Source of the DNA: the human T2T-CHM13v2.0 reference genome, Homo sapiens
Strand: one strand, 5' to 3'
DNA length: 64,000 nucleotides
NCBI RefSeq assembly: GCF_009914755.1
Contig: NC_060934.1
In this document: piece by piece, positions 14,120 to 28,000 of the stretch
Layout of the letters: the number at the start of each line of letters is the position of its first letter
Numbering within the stretch: position 1 is the first letter of the stretch
Program-made: the position numbers and the translations under genes
The notes under the pieces: model-generated
Told to the model about the DNA's origin: nothing
Seen by the model: only the letters and a program-made list of their open reading frames with translations
The model's database searches: none

Positions 14120-14345
14120 GCAAAGAAACGGGTCAGAGAGACATAGGTTCAAATCTTGGTTCCCACCAATTACTAGCTATGGGGTCTTGGCTGAGTCACT
14201 TCTCCAAGTTTCTACATATTCTGTGTACTGTAATGTGGTTTTTTAAAAAAGTGCTTACCTCACAGGGATGCTACAGAAACCAAATGAGAAAATGCATGCA
14301 AATTCTTGGGAGAGAACGCATTTAGTAAATGTTAGCTATTATTAG
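14120..14345 (+). mobile_element. MIR relic
   Basis: ggttcaaatcttggttcccaccaattactagctatggggtcttggctgagtcactt...tagtaaatgttagctatt. Confidence 0.7.
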
Positions 14346-15062
14346 TTATCATTAACATTATTATTTTTATCACAAAGTTGTTATAATGATAAAACTGTAT
14401 CAGGTAAGATATTTATGGATAGAAATCCAAAATAAGTCACCACTTTAATATTTATATGTAAAGTTAATCCTCAGTTACCAAAAATCTTACCTAGTGGAGA
14501 TGAGACTCATTGAATTTCTAATATATTTTATATGCTGTAAATTTATAAAATTAGCCATACATTGCAAGGCTAGGAAGTTTTAGAATTCATAACAAAATGT
14601 GAACATGTGAGTGATACTGTGTCTTTATGAAATGTGCTCAATGCGAGGCCAGGACTAAGAACTTCCCAACATATAACATATAAACACCTATCTTCTCTGT
14701 TATCATAATCAATGCAAAAACAGGTCATGTGTGCACTCACACATGTATTGTACATGTATGTATGTGTGTGTGTAGTGCAGGTGGTGGAGAGAAGAGGAAT
14801 TGGAAGAGTATGAGGAATATTTGAGTTTTCTTTTATTCAGTAAGCTTGTGGTTTAATTCTTCCATGACATGTTAACATAAATCAGAACCACTCTTTCACT
14901 AGTGAATTGCCCCACATACTTTGCGTGTGGATGTTGGTTGAGACATTTGGTGGGCAGAGTGGCGATGGGGAGTATTTCTTTTAGACACCACCTTCTGCAC
15001 TGGAGCCTGCTGGCCTGTGGAGTATACGTAACAGCTCAAGGTGTTATGACCTTTCTACTTAC

Positions 15063-15209
15063 AAGGAGAAGAGATACATCCGGCGGTACAAAGTGGAAAT
15101 AATTGATCATTCTCTCCTGATTGACATAGTAGATATTAATGATCAAAAACTTGATACCTGGGAAGGTGCTCAGACTATTCAACAAGAGTGACTCTAACTC
15201 TGTGGTCTC
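15063..15209 (-). other. Candidate 147-nt phase 0-0 exon
   Basis: aacttcctctag|GAG...CTT|gtaagt; open frame ETTELESLLLNSLSTFPGIKFLIINIYYVNQERMINYFHFVPPDVSLLL; product not recognised. Confidence 0.2.
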
Positions 15210-16028
15210 CTAGAGGAAGTTCACCACATCACTATCATCACAGCCACAGCCTGGACTTGGTTCTCAGGAAATAGGGTGTCTGGGATGATTTCAACCATGT
15301 AATTTCTAGGAAAACTAGAATTCAGTGCACAATGGTCATTTAGGAATACAGACAATTGCTTCCTGACTTGACTTTTCAACACAGTGTGGTGGTAAGGGGT
15401 TGGCTGCACACTCTCCTATGACCCTGTGCCCCCAATATTAAAGGAACGTACTGTTTTTCACCTGTTCAGGTGACACCTACCAATCATAAGGGAGGACAGG
15501 TGACATGTTTATGGGCTTAGGAGGAGTGAGGAACTGTGTCAAGGTCTTTGCATGTGTTATCTCATTAACACGGATTAACAGAATCTACTTCACCGGGTTG
15601 ACGTGAGAATTGAGAACAGATACACAGCTCTTCAGCCTGTGACAGGCTCATGAAACGCACCGATAAACATTCGCTCTCTTCCCTGGACCCTTCATTCTTG
15701 CATTTCTGTGAGGGCAGAGCAATCACCTCCAACCAAGAGATGTGGAGATGTGTCTAGGGTCGTAAAGATTAGAAGGGGGCTGCATAAGGATTTGGGCCCA
15801 GTTCTGGCCCGTGTGACCCCAAGCCCTGGTAGGCCCTTGCCTCTGCCAAGTCACCTCCTACAAAGTGTGTGTTTCCTCTTTCAGATCACAGTTAGGCCAG
15901 CGGGAAGGGAGTGAGGATACACTTACAAATGCTCAGAACTGAGTGGGGCATACGCAGAGAGAAGGCAGAAGAAAAAGGGAAAGCAGAAACGACAGAGGAA
16001 GGGAGCAAAGTTCTAGTTAGAAAATGGA

Positions 16029-16508
<480 letters not shown>

Positions 16509-17574
16509 TCACGTAAGATGTTACTTCTTTGGAATCTCAGAGTGCTCAACTTTTTTTTTTTTTTTTTGCTCCCATATATTTCTGCTCTATTTTGCTTCCA
16601 TGTGTATTTCTGCCCTCTCCTCCCATTCTTGCATCTACTAACTTAAGTATGCTCAAATCGCTATTATCCTAATTTAACTGATGATGCTATCAGGTGATCC
16701 ATGCTGGGGAAATCAACACTTACCATCATGACTCCTCCCCCATCCCCGTGACTTTATTCCCCTGTGTTCCCACAACTTCTCCAGTAGAGATTTCTGAAAC
16801 ATCTCTAATAAAATCATGTCAGAACTTGAAGCCCTGTTATCTAGGTCATTCTTCTGGATCTGGTGGTTGTCAACACCTCTCTAAGCAGGCTTCAGTTTTT
16901 CTCATCTTTCTAGCCCGACCCCTGACAGCAATGTCTGCTAGCTCAAATTGGTATTGTTATTTTGTATTCTGCTCTTTTCCCACAGCTTTGTTTCCATCAT
17001 TCAAAAGTCTGAATACTCTGCTAGGCTATGAGGGCACAGATATATTCAGAAAAGGGTCTCACTTAGGGAAATAACTCCCAATGTGTCACCATAAAATGTT
17101 AAAAATACAAGGCAGACAAGACCAGGACTGTACCTGGTGCGCCCTACAGCCCCTCGTGGAGTAGGGAACAATGGGAAGGTCAGTTGGGGCAGGGGGGGTT
17201 CTGAGGGGGGCAAAGGCCGCAGAGGTGGATGGAGTTCTGTGGAGCAGCTTGAAAAGCCATTAATAAATCAGGAGTTCAACCTGGTCAGAAAACCCTTACA
17301 TTGAGGATGAACTGGAAAAAAAGAAACTCATGATTAAAAACCAGTTCAGAGGCCTTGCAAACATCCAGGAGAGTCTAACTTATCTTCACCAACACTGCCA
17401 CCAAACCTCAGGCTCAGAGGCATCATCAGAACATTCTTCTCGAAGCCCCTTCATCTTTCTTCATCTATTTCACTCTTAAAATCAGCTTCAGTCACCCTAA
17501 AAATTCACTGGCTTCTCTTTGCTCTCCACACTATCTTAGGCCTTTCCAAAGCTTGCCCAAGTGTTTTATCACAT

Positions 17575-18017
17575 TATCTTACTCTGTTTTGTGTTACTAT
17601 CACAGAATACCTAAGACCATGTAATTTACAAAGAAAAGAGTTTTACTTGGCCCACAATTCTGGTGGCTAGAAGGTTCAAGATTGGGCAGCTGCATCTGGC
17701 AAGGGTCTCAGCCTGCTTCAACTCATGGCAGAAAGTGAAAGGGGGGTGGGTGTGTGCAAAGAGACCACATGGCAAGAGAGAAAGCAAGAAAGAGAAACTG
17801 AGGAAGCCGGACTCCTTTAACAATCTGCTTTGCTGGGAACTAATCCACTCCCACCAGAGCAAGAACTCACCCCTATGGGAGGGCATTAATCTATTCATGA
17901 GGATCTGCCTCAGTGACCCAAGCACGCCCACCATGCCCCACCTCCCAACACCACCACATTGGGGGTCAAACGTCAATATGAGTTTTGGTGGGGATGAACT
18001 ATGTCCTAACCACAGCG
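17575..18017 (-). mobile_element. ERVL-MaLR LTR (MSTC/MSTD-like)
   Basis: acagaatacctaagac...attctggtggctagaaggttcaagat...gcattaatctattcatgagg...ccccacctcccaacacc. Confidence 0.8.
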
Positions 18018-18417
18018 CAGATGAAGCCAACCTTTATTTCATTCTCACTTCTTACATTCCACTCAGGCCTGGAAAGCCTATTGGTCTAACTTGACTCAGT
18101 TAATGATTACATAAATGTTTACAGACAATTATAAGGGTTTGGTTTCCTATTTGGTTATGTGGGAGGTGTAAAGATAAAAGAGAGAGGCCTTCAAAGGGCT
18201 CTCAATCCTATAGCAGAGATAAGATGGCTACATGATACCAGGGATAAAGGCAAGGTAAAACCACTGCCTGGCAGCAGAGGACAGGAGGTGACGTGGGCAG
18301 TGCTGCTCCACGATTCATGAATGTTTCATGTGATAATGACAAACGATTGACTTTTTTCTGTTATACATTTTTCAACTTATTTTGATTTTTTGCAGGGTAT
18401 CTTTTTATATTAATTCT

Positions 18418-18727
18418 TTTTTTTGTTTCGTTTTTAGAGACAGGGTCTTGCTCTGTTGCCCAGGCTAGAGTGCAGTTGCAGTGGTGTGATCATAGCTCAC
18501 TGTAGCCTTGAACTTCTGGGCTCAGGCAATCCTCCCACCTCAGCCTCCTGAGTAGCTGGAATGACAGGTGTGCACCACCATGCCCAGCTAATTAAAAAAA
18601 TATATTTTTTGTAGAGACGGGGTTTTGCTATGTTGCCAAGACTGGTCTTGAACTCCTAGCTTCGAGTGATACTCCTGCCTCAGGCTCCCAAGCACTGGGA
18701 TTACAGGTGTGAGCCATCGTGCTGGCC
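18418..18727 (-). mobile_element. AluJ
   Basis: AluJ diagnostics; TSD ttatattaattct at 18405-18417 and 18728-18740. Confidence 0.92.
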
Positions 18728-19075
18728 TTATATTAATTCTCATGTGTGGATGCTTTTGATTAAGTAGAGTACCTAAATTTATAGCTCTTCAGGGTTCACA
18801 AATTGGAGGCAGTGGGTGTTGCGATTTCAGAAAGTCCTAATAATGTTATTGCCATTATTAGTCTGGCTATACATGTGATTCTTATCAAAAAATTTAATAA
18901 TTCTTCCTTGCACATCATCAATGACAAGCTAAACTGACCACAAAGGCCCTTATGGTTTTGAGCAACATAAGCAACGTGGGGTGGTGATGCCCGCTTCTGG
19001 GCACATGGGAGAGAAAAGCAGCCTCCCTTTGGCTCTTCCTTGCAGACACCACAACCAATATATAAATGAAAAGAA

Positions 19076-19200
19076 GTGGCTGATGCCTCTAATTCCACCA
19101 CTTCGGGAGCTCAGGCAAGAGGACTGCTTGAGGCCAAAAGTTTAAGACCAGCCTGGGCAATGTAGCAAGACTCTGTCTCTGCAAAAAATAAAAAAAAATA
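19076..19200 (+). mobile_element. FLAM (free left Alu monomer)
   Basis: Single monomer gtggctgatgcctctaattcc...agaccagcctgggcaatgtagcaagactctgtctct plus A tail. Confidence 0.8.
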
Positions 19201-20659
19201 TATTATTTTAAAGTGTGGTTGTTTACATCGGGTTCATCATTGTATAACGGATATCTGAAAGCATCATACAGAGAGGACCCTCTTTTTCAGGAGAAGCATA
19301 ACATCAGAAGTGACATTTTGAAGATAATTAAAAATTTACAAAGTCAAGACATTTCAGTAAAGAAAGACTATGAGAGGAATTCTCAGTACTTCGAAGAGTC
19401 TAGGCCCCTTGAAAAAAAATCTAAAATGATCAGGCCTGGTTTCTTTTAAGGGTGAGACGCAGTCAGGAATGTAACATGCTAGTTTTGTTAAGGGTTGTCA
19501 GATCAACAGTAATTGCAGTGGCCCATTTTGCTTATTAGAGCCCTCTCACCTATTGGCATTCCGGGCATCTTGCATCAATCCTGCAATAAAACCAATTAAA
19601 ATTGCATTAAAAGATAAAACCTAAAACTTTGCCAATAAACGCTAAATACACTTTAAATACACTCATTTTGCCTCATTCTTGGAAGGTATAAAATGGAAAA
19701 GAATGGTGTGAATGTTGCAAAGGCTTATTGAGGACAGTACCAATCTCAGGAGGTCAGCCCGGAAAATACAATTAAGTTAGTAAACTGTGCCCAGACTTGT
19801 CAAATTTCCAGGTCTGGTTTCCATCAGTACTGTATTTGAGGGATTTCCTAAGTTTTATGTGAAACTCTGTTTCTACCTGTAATAAAGTAAGGGAGATATT
19901 TCTGAGATAAATATGTATTGAAAAATACATAAAATGTCATGATAGGCAAGCTGAAATGTCACTTTCAAAACTCTATCCTTTAATCCAATTCATAGCACAT
20001 ATGTTTCACAAGAAAGCGTGGAATTTGCTCTGTGAACATCTTTTACAGAAATAAGAAGTTACATTTTAAGCATGAAACTTAAGGACAACTTGCATGAACA
20101 GAGCTGACCCATCAAGAATTTTGAAGAGTTCCAACTCCATGGATTATAAAAATGTCTTCTAGTTACACTCTTCAGAAGTACATAAACATAGGCTTAACTT
20201 CTATCCTTCTATAACGTTTGTAGGACTGCAAGAGGTAAGAATCTTCTAAGGAAAGCCATATTTCCTTTAATCAAAAAAGATAGCGAATTATATTCGCAGT
20301 TAAATGAGTGCTTAGCAAAGAAGTGTGTGTGTCACACGCTGGCACAGGTGGATGGAGGAGGGTGTATTTAAAAATAATACTTAAAATGCTGTTAGCATCC
20401 AAAAATTCAAAATAATTGTCATCGGGTGGTGACATTTGTGGTTTGCATTTGCTTTTCTGTATTGTATACACTTTTTGCATTAAATATGTAGTTGTTAGTA
20501 TTTAGAAAAATAATTGCTCTATGAAAACAAATAAATGGGTATTAGAAATACAAAGAGAGTAGCTGACTGAATCTACTTGATTGGTCCCAGAGAAAAGAAA
20601 ATACCCAAGTCAGATGGTCGACACTTATTTCTTACATCAACTGCATTCCCTCATTTGGG

Positions 20660-20740
20660 CACAGCTGATGGTCTAAGATGGCGCCACAACATTCTTGATG
20701 TCCTGCTACCCAGCTCAATATTTGTATGCAAATATTTAGG
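20660..20740. promoter_or_regulatory. Putative enhancer motif cluster (E-box, YY1, octamer within a palindrome)
   Basis: cagctg, aagatggcgcc (20675-20685), aatatttg-tatg-caaatatt containing ATGCAAAT; motif match only. Confidence 0.3.
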
Positions 20741-22254
20741 AAACATGCACGAAATTGAGCAAGTGGGATATACCACTTTAACAATAAGCATTCATAATGC
20801 TATTTGTACGACTACCTGCAGAGAACAACACTGGATGATCTCTTTGGAAATTTTATAAATGGAACACTGTCAAATTTGTAAGCAACATTTTAGACAGCAA
20901 ATATGTTGCTTGGATTTTAGCCGTCTTAAACACTGCAAGCGGCTTAACCTTATCTCCTAGTGCCACTGCCTTCCTGGAGTAATTGATGCTTGGAGTCCCC
21001 AATTTCACATAAACCAGGACACTGTGTTATTGTATACAGCAATCTGACTGCTGGCAGAGACAGGAAACTGCACTGAACCCAGATCAATAGACATGTCAAC
21101 AGTAAGCTGCTTAATCTAATTCAGCCTATCTCATCTCAGGGCACAGAGTTTGCAATTTTGCTGTTGGGTCCCTCTGGCAGGAAATGGTTTGGAAAGTTTA
21201 GTCTTAAGAAGTTTAAGTGATATGCTTATCCTTCAGGCTCTTGAATGTTTATTCAGCAGAATAGCTGCTTTAAATGTTTTATAAATGGCAGTAATGTAAA
21301 CAAGGCATGTCTGACTTCCCTCACATGTGAAAACTATAATGGTGATTTCCTTGACTATGGACATAAAGATTAACACTACAGCCAATTACACTTTAGAGGA
21401 AACTGCTTGGGTCCACATTTTTAGCAAATGCCATCTTTAAACTCTGTCCCCATCCCCATCCTCATTGAATGACATTCTTCTCAGAAAAAGAAATGCTTTG
21501 ATTTATATAAATATTTGTCTCTTTAACTATATTAGACAAATGACTTCTGTGGTTATGAAACCTCAAACGCTTATCCATCAGAGCATCATTCTTCTTCCTT
21601 GGAATAGTGTGATAGTGTGGGTGATAGGAAATGGTGGGTTGGTATGGAAGACACAGTGTGAAATCCAGTAACTCTGGCCTGCCTTAGACATCAACATCTC
21701 GGTGGGAGGATGTCCACCTCACTGCTTCCCTGTCCCTGGGTGCTCTCACTTGCTTGTTCTTGCGCTGTCTCTGTCTCTCTCCAGGAAGGGAGAACTAGAT
21801 CGTACACGTCATCACTTGGAAGATAGAGTGTTAAATATCTGATACTGCTCACAGCTTTGGTGCAACTTGTCCTTGAATTATCAAAAAAGGAAGGGTACAT
21901 ATCATTTTCTACCCTTGTAAAAACACTCCCTTTGTACAAGTCTCAATACTTGTATGTATAAGGATAAGCTTTTGGAAAGGCTAATTCATTATTACTGTCA
22001 TCCTTAAAATGCCCGTTACAGAGGTGTAACAGGTGGTGCGATCCCACTTCATGGATAAGGAAATGGGGGGCCGGTGTGTCAAGTGCCACACCTTGGAGCA
22101 GACAGCAGACTACAGGGATAGACGGGCATGGAACCATGCTCGTGGCGTGCACTGAGACAAAGCAGTGCATGAGGAGAAGCTTTGTAATCATGAAGTACAG
22201 AGGCAGTCATGCATGACTGTGGCCTAAGGGTGAGATGCTTTTGGATTTTGAATC

Positions 22255-22520
22255 GTGGGATATTTATTCAGTTCATATTTACTGAATTCCTATTGCAGGT
22301 CAGGCTTTGTTCTAGGTACTAGGAACACAATGTTGAACAAGACAGGCAGGATTCCTCCCTCTGCGACTCTAAAGAGGGAGGTAGACACCAAAAGGTACAT
22401 AAATAAGTAATGTAGTTTCAGATATTGACGGATACCTTAAAAAATATAATGAAGTCATGAAGAGTGACAGTGGGAACTGGACACATTGGGGGGCAGGAGC
22501 TGTCCTCTGAAGACATGACA
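22255..22520 (-). mobile_element. L2 3' relic
   Basis: ttattcagttcatatttactgaattcctattgcaggtcaggctttgttctaggtactaggaacaca. Confidence 0.6.
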
Positions 22521-23280
22521 TCTGGGCTCATGTTTGTGACCGATGCCAGAATACTACCTCCCTTCCACAGGCACCTCCTGCACGCCCCTACGTCCCTGAA
22601 ACATCACTCATCACTCACAAAGGAGATTCAAGACAAGGAAGGAACACCATGCACACCTGACTGTTGGTCTTTTAACCTTCAGATGCTTGTAGTTTCCAAA
22701 TTATGCTCTGAATCTCAGGACTTCTCAACCCATTAGACTCTATTCTGGAAAATTCTATGGAAGGCACATGACATCTTTTCATTCTTAGTATAGGAGTTGG
22801 AGGAGTTGGCACACAGGACCACACTTGGTGCTCTGTCATTGTTTGCTGAATGAATAAATTAATAAATAGGACCAGAAAAATCTCATAATCAACTTCTGTT
22901 AACTAACCACCATGAAAAAACAAGCTACAGATGATCACCCTGAAGATGTGAGTCAAGAGAGTATCTCTAAGCCCCATTTAAAGCAGACTAGCTTCTAACC
23001 ACTCCGTCCCCACCCAACCCTCCACAAACCTACTCAATTCTGAGATGTGCCCAAGTAACAGACGGACTACTTAGCAAATCACTGGTAAAACTGGGAAGGG
23101 CGGGAAATACTTTGCCATTTGGGGCACTTCTCCAAGAGAAAAACAAATTTTTTTTTAAAGTTTTCAAATTTATTTTAAAGAAGGTCGTGACAGCAATGAA
23201 GAAGTTGGAAGAGGAAGAAAAAAAGAAGAATCAGCCATGAGTGGAAAGATGGATTGGAGAGGTCATGGAGGACAGGAGAT

Positions 23281-23349
23281 GAGGAGGGCATGGGAAATGG
23301 GGGATGGGACATGGCATGGGGGAGGAGGGATGTCGTGTGGGGTGGGGGA
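23281..23349 (+). repeat. G-rich low-complexity tract, G-quadruplex candidate
   Basis: At least 7 runs of GGG or longer in degenerate (atggg)n. Confidence 0.6.
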
Positions 23350-25917
23350 TGCAAAACCAGAAAGAGGAAGAAAAAGGGTGAAAACCTAACTGTTCTATAA
23401 TCAGTGGCACCTGAAAATAATAGCCCATCAAGATTCCTATTTTAAGATCAGATCCGCATTCCAAGTCCATCAACCAAAACCGAATAAATAGTTCAAATCA
23501 TCACAGGATTTCAGGATGGGCCAAAAGTAGCCATAGTATTTAAAGGCCTAGAGCAGGAAGAAGAACTCACTTCAAATGTTCACGCTAAAAAGTCAAAATC
23601 CTTTAAAGGTATAGGAATTATTAGTTCACTTTTTCAGCTGGGCCTGCCCACTTTATGTCAAAATCAAAATGAAAAAATCTAGTAACCCATTTTCTGGAGT
23701 TCTCAATAATCTCAGCCTCCCTCTTTTTTCAAGGGCAATCATAGAAGGCGGTCTTAGGAGGCTGATATCCCAACTGTGGCAGAGGGGCCTGGCAGTAGGA
23801 AATGTTGCAGAGAATGCCTGAAACACTGAGAAACAAAATACTGACAAACTCCATTAGCAGAAAGAAAATAACTCCAGGAAAAAAAATGGTTCCATTTATT
23901 ATGGTACATATTTTTTAATTAAAGATGAGGAAGAAACCCCACAAAAGATGCCATTAGCTCTTCCACTTTAGCGGGGGTATGCACCCCCCTCTTAATTATG
24001 AAACAAAGCACACCTTCATGCACCTGGTGATTTTCTATGCAATGGCGTAGTAGAATGTTCAACAGGGATTGTTTTAATAGGGCTGGTAATGAGATCTGGG
24101 TGAAAAATCTCTCTGTTAATTTAGCAGGCCTCCTGAGATGTAAAATTTCTAGTTTGCAGGTGTTTCGAAGTTCCTTGCCGAGCCTAACCTCAGCCTGCCC
24201 CCTGGTTTTGATGTTAGGATTTAAATATCACCTGTAAATCTCTTAGTCATTTTGTCCCCATCAAAAATCACTTCTAGTCTCTTCTTGCCTCTCCACTAGT
24301 GTGAGTCTATTTTGATTTGCCTGGTACTAACTAAAATGCTACTAAATTTGGCACTGTACTAATCTATAAATTTTGAAAGCAAGACTCTACAGAGTTTAAA
24401 CCCTAAGATCTTTCCAATCAAAGGCTAGGCGACCTCAAATGGCCAGGATGGAATGGAGCAGCTGCTGTCATTTCATGACCTTTTTGTTTTACGAACGCAT
24501 CAGTCCCTGTAAGCCTACTTAGATAAATGACTTGCAAATTAAAAGAAACATTTTTATGATTCACTGCAGTAGCTTGCTTTTTGGGATACAAGGTTAAAAG
24601 TGAACAGTAAACCTTTTAAGGTTATTGAAACTAAATTATTAACGCTGGGTTTCACCTTCCTTTTGTCCTCTTTATGGCATTCTTCCTAATTACTCACTGC
24701 AACTCCACTCCTACAAGTTGTAAATCAAATGAAAAAATCTTTAAAGCACAGAAACACCTGATTAAAATATTCAACCACAAGGGAACCACAGAGACGATAG
24801 GGAGTGACATCCCGCGTTTTTAAAAAATATGAAGCTTCTGATAGCTTTTGAAAAAGTATGTTGTGAAAATTGCACTTTCATCTCCGGAAGTAACCAAAAG
24901 AACAGTCCCATGTTTGAAATCCATTTGTAACCTTCAAAATAATGAGCACTTTTCTCTACTTGGATCGCACCTGGTGCCTCACACCCCAGAGTGCATTTTA
25001 CCTGTGCGATTTTGTGCTCAAACAAGAGCTGTTTCAAAGAGGGCTGGTGACTCTTGGCAGAGAGTGAAGTTTTCCTTCAGCCCTCTGAATAGGGGGTGAT
25101 TGACAAAGCTCTGAAACCACAATACAGGCACCCGAAATGCAATGGAGGAATGCCTAATTCTGCCTTACCTACTTGGGGCCTCCATTTCCTAAGCTGTGAA
25201 ATGGGGGTGATGGCACCTTCTGCTTAGGTCCTAGTTGGGAAGATTATGTGCACTTCTCAGCACATAGTTGGTTCAATAACATATTCACAGTGGGGACTAA
25301 TGTGCTACATATTTCATAAAGGTATGGTTCTATGATTCCCCAAACAGTTTGAATTAGTTAAATGGATTCTGACTAATAAAGCCTACCCAATCCCACCTCT
25401 TGGTACCCACGCATTACATCTGGGATAGCAGCGCGAGAGCTATTGAATGTGAGGAAAGGGCAAGGAATGGGAGCAGGGCCACCTTTGGGAGACGGACTGG
25501 CCACTTCAAATGGCCTGATTTAAGGGGCTCCCAAAAGCAGTGCCATCCCCAATATCTTCCCTTCCTGCAGGGCTGGGTGAAACATCTGCTATGAGCAGGA
25601 CCTCCTCCGTGGGTGTGCAACCCTGACAGGCACACAGAACCCAAGCATGGAGGGGCTCTGCTGTTCCCGTCTTGCCACTCTCACTATTTTATCTTTGATA
25701 AGTGAAGTCTGATGGGTTAAAGGCGCACGTGCATGGTGCATGGGAGAGGCCATCCGGTGATGTGCATGTCCACCGCTTTCCTTGTAGCCCCATTTGTATG
25801 GCCACCCTTGACACCCTATGAGCGCAAGCTTCCCATGGACCAGGGAAGCCTGGGAGTTCCGCAGAGGTGCTGAGAGCCTCAGGAGGCCACTCTTTTCCAT
25901 TCAAACCAGGACTTGCC

Positions 25918-26085
25918 TTTTTTTTTTTTTTTTTGATAAGTAAAAATTGTAGCTATTTATGGTGTACAATACGATGTTTTGATATATGTATAGGTGGTGG
26001 AATGGCTAAATCAATTAGCATATGCATGACCTCACGTACTTATTTTTTTGTGGTGAGAATACTTAAAATCTACTCTCTTAGCAAT
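25918..26085 (-). mobile_element. L1MA-like 3' end fragment
   Basis: Poly-T then tatttatggtgtacaatacgatgttttgatatatg...gtggtgagaatacttaaaatctactctcttagcaat. Confidence 0.8.
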
Positions 26086-26487
26086 CAGAACTTGCTCTTA
26101 ATGCAGAAAGAAGGCAATGGCATTCTATAAAACACGAATGACCAGGGAGCCCTATCCGTTCCTTTCTTAACAAGTGTGTTATATCTCTGTTAGTCAACCA
26201 CTTACACCAAAGATGACATAGAAAGAAAAAGATCAGGCAACCTGTAGTACCCTTCCTTTTAGTCCTTCCTTACTCATCAGTAAGCCAAAAGTCAAGGGTG
26301 TGGGGACAATGTCCATGTGTAAAGAAATGAGATACAAACCGCTGAGTTAGTTTTGTGTTGTGTTTCACCATTCTATTGACAATGCAATACACATGCATGT
26401 ATAAGCTATGAAATACGAGTTATGTCATTTCAGTGATTCTACATACCAGCTAAAGGCTCTTACATTTGCTTTAAAACTGACGTTCAT

Positions 26488-26560
26488 CACAACAGTGTGA
26501 ATACACTTAATGTTACTGAACTGTACCCTTAAAAATGGTTAAGATGGTAAATTTTATTAA
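26488..26560 (+). mobile_element. L1MB-like 3' end fragment
   Basis: acaacagtgtgaatacacttaatgttactgaactgtacccttaaaaatggttaagatggtaaatttt. Confidence 0.7.
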
Positions 26561-26629
26561 AAACCTCTAGCATTGCACTATATAAAGATGAAAGGTAAAA
26601 TTCATGCTAATGATTTAAAAGTTTATTTT

Positions 26630-26815
26630 ATTTTTCTTAGAGTAACATTCAATAGCAAATTAAAAACATCATGACAAGTTGGGAAGGAGACCACAGAAGA
26701 AAGAAACATGCCTTTTATTTTAATACCTTTAAAGGGATTTTTTCTTGCGCTCTGAATAAGGGGCCCAGCATTTTCATTTTGCACAAGCCCTCACAAAGTA
26801 TGTATTAACAGCTAG
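26630..26815. mobile_element. hAT-family DNA transposon fragment (MER45/MER53-like)
   Basis: aaggggcccagcattttcattttgcacaagccctcacaaagtatgta resembles the MER53/MER45 terminal region. Confidence 0.5.
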
Positions 26816-27724
26816 CACCGACCAGCAGCCAGTTATTTGAGTCAGTCTTTGTCCCTGGAGTGGCTTAAGGACAACTAAGGCCTGCCCAGGAAGGATTAGG
26901 ACTTTCCCCTTGCCCTGCAGAAAGCGGTCCCTCCTACTAGGGACTGACAGCATGAGGCCCCAAATGGGAGACCCCTTCAAGATCTAGGAACCTTCTATGT
27001 ACGTACCTCGCTGCTCTTGCAGTAAATGTGAAAACACAAACAGCAGCAACAGCAGAAGCTTTCTGGCATAACCAGGATAGTAATAAATGGAGAGAGAGAG
27101 AGATCCATCTGGTGGTGAAGGGAGAGTGTGGTTCTCACCTATGTGAAGGTACCCCAGGTCTGTGAGCGTCCCCAAGGTCCAGAAAGCACTTGCCAGATGC
27201 TCAGAACTGGATCAGCACTTTACTTAATTTCTACCTTCAAAGGGAGCTTTCCTGCTCTATCAGCCCTGCTGAATCTGCTACCTCAGTTTACAGAGTCACA
27301 TTGCTCCTCTGTATTCCAAATCACAGCACGATAAGTCCAAGAAAGGAAACCAAAAACAAAACCGCTCTCTTAAGCATTTGCTAGCTTTGACCACACTCAG
27401 GACACTCTCTGCTCCCATCCTCGCCTGGCCCACCCGGCTCTCCTCTCACCTCTCTGGGCAGCACTCCTGCGCCTATTCAGCTGCCGAAAACCTTTTCGCA
27501 GGTGTACCGTGGGCCCGGAATTGTTCAGGCCTTCCCTTTAGTCATCTCATTGGGAACTCATAGTAACCCTCTGTGTTCGGTAAGTCCCACAGTTGGAAGA
27601 GAAGCAGGTTCTGAGAGATGAAGCTGGACGTGTGGGGTCGGAGAGCAGAGGCAGAGCAGGAAACACACGGGGCCTGTAGACCACACTGTCCCATCACCTC
27701 ATGGGGCTCGCAGGGCAGGAGGAA

Positions 27725-28000
27725 GCCACCAGGCAGGGTTGGAGGACAGGATGTTACACAAGACAACTGGCCCAGATTCCGCCAAAATGCCACCAACAAG
27801 AGGGACATAAAAAGGGGAAGGGTGGGAGAATGAACGTTCCAGGTGAGAAGAAACTGAAAAAGACATGATGGCCAAAAGCAATGCATACATTTAACAGGAT
27901 CCCAGATCGAAAACAAACTATCCCAATTAAGGGAACTTGAAAACAGGTTATATATTAGATACTATTGAATCAGTGTGTTTCTTTATTGTTGGGAGAGTTT
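27725..28000 (+). mobile_element. Old L1ME-like 3' UTR relic
   Basis: acaagacaactggccc...agacatgatggccaaaagcaatg...atattagatactattgaatc. Confidence 0.45.

Noticed and set aside
15075-15150. Resemblance of RRYKVEIIDHSLLIDIVD to the Ras-family switch region
   Set aside because: No GxxxxGKS, DxxG or NKxD motifs; similarity is superficial
21785-21842. + strand acceptor tctctgtctctctccag| as a coding exon
   Set aside because: All three frames stop within 60 nt and there is no good donor
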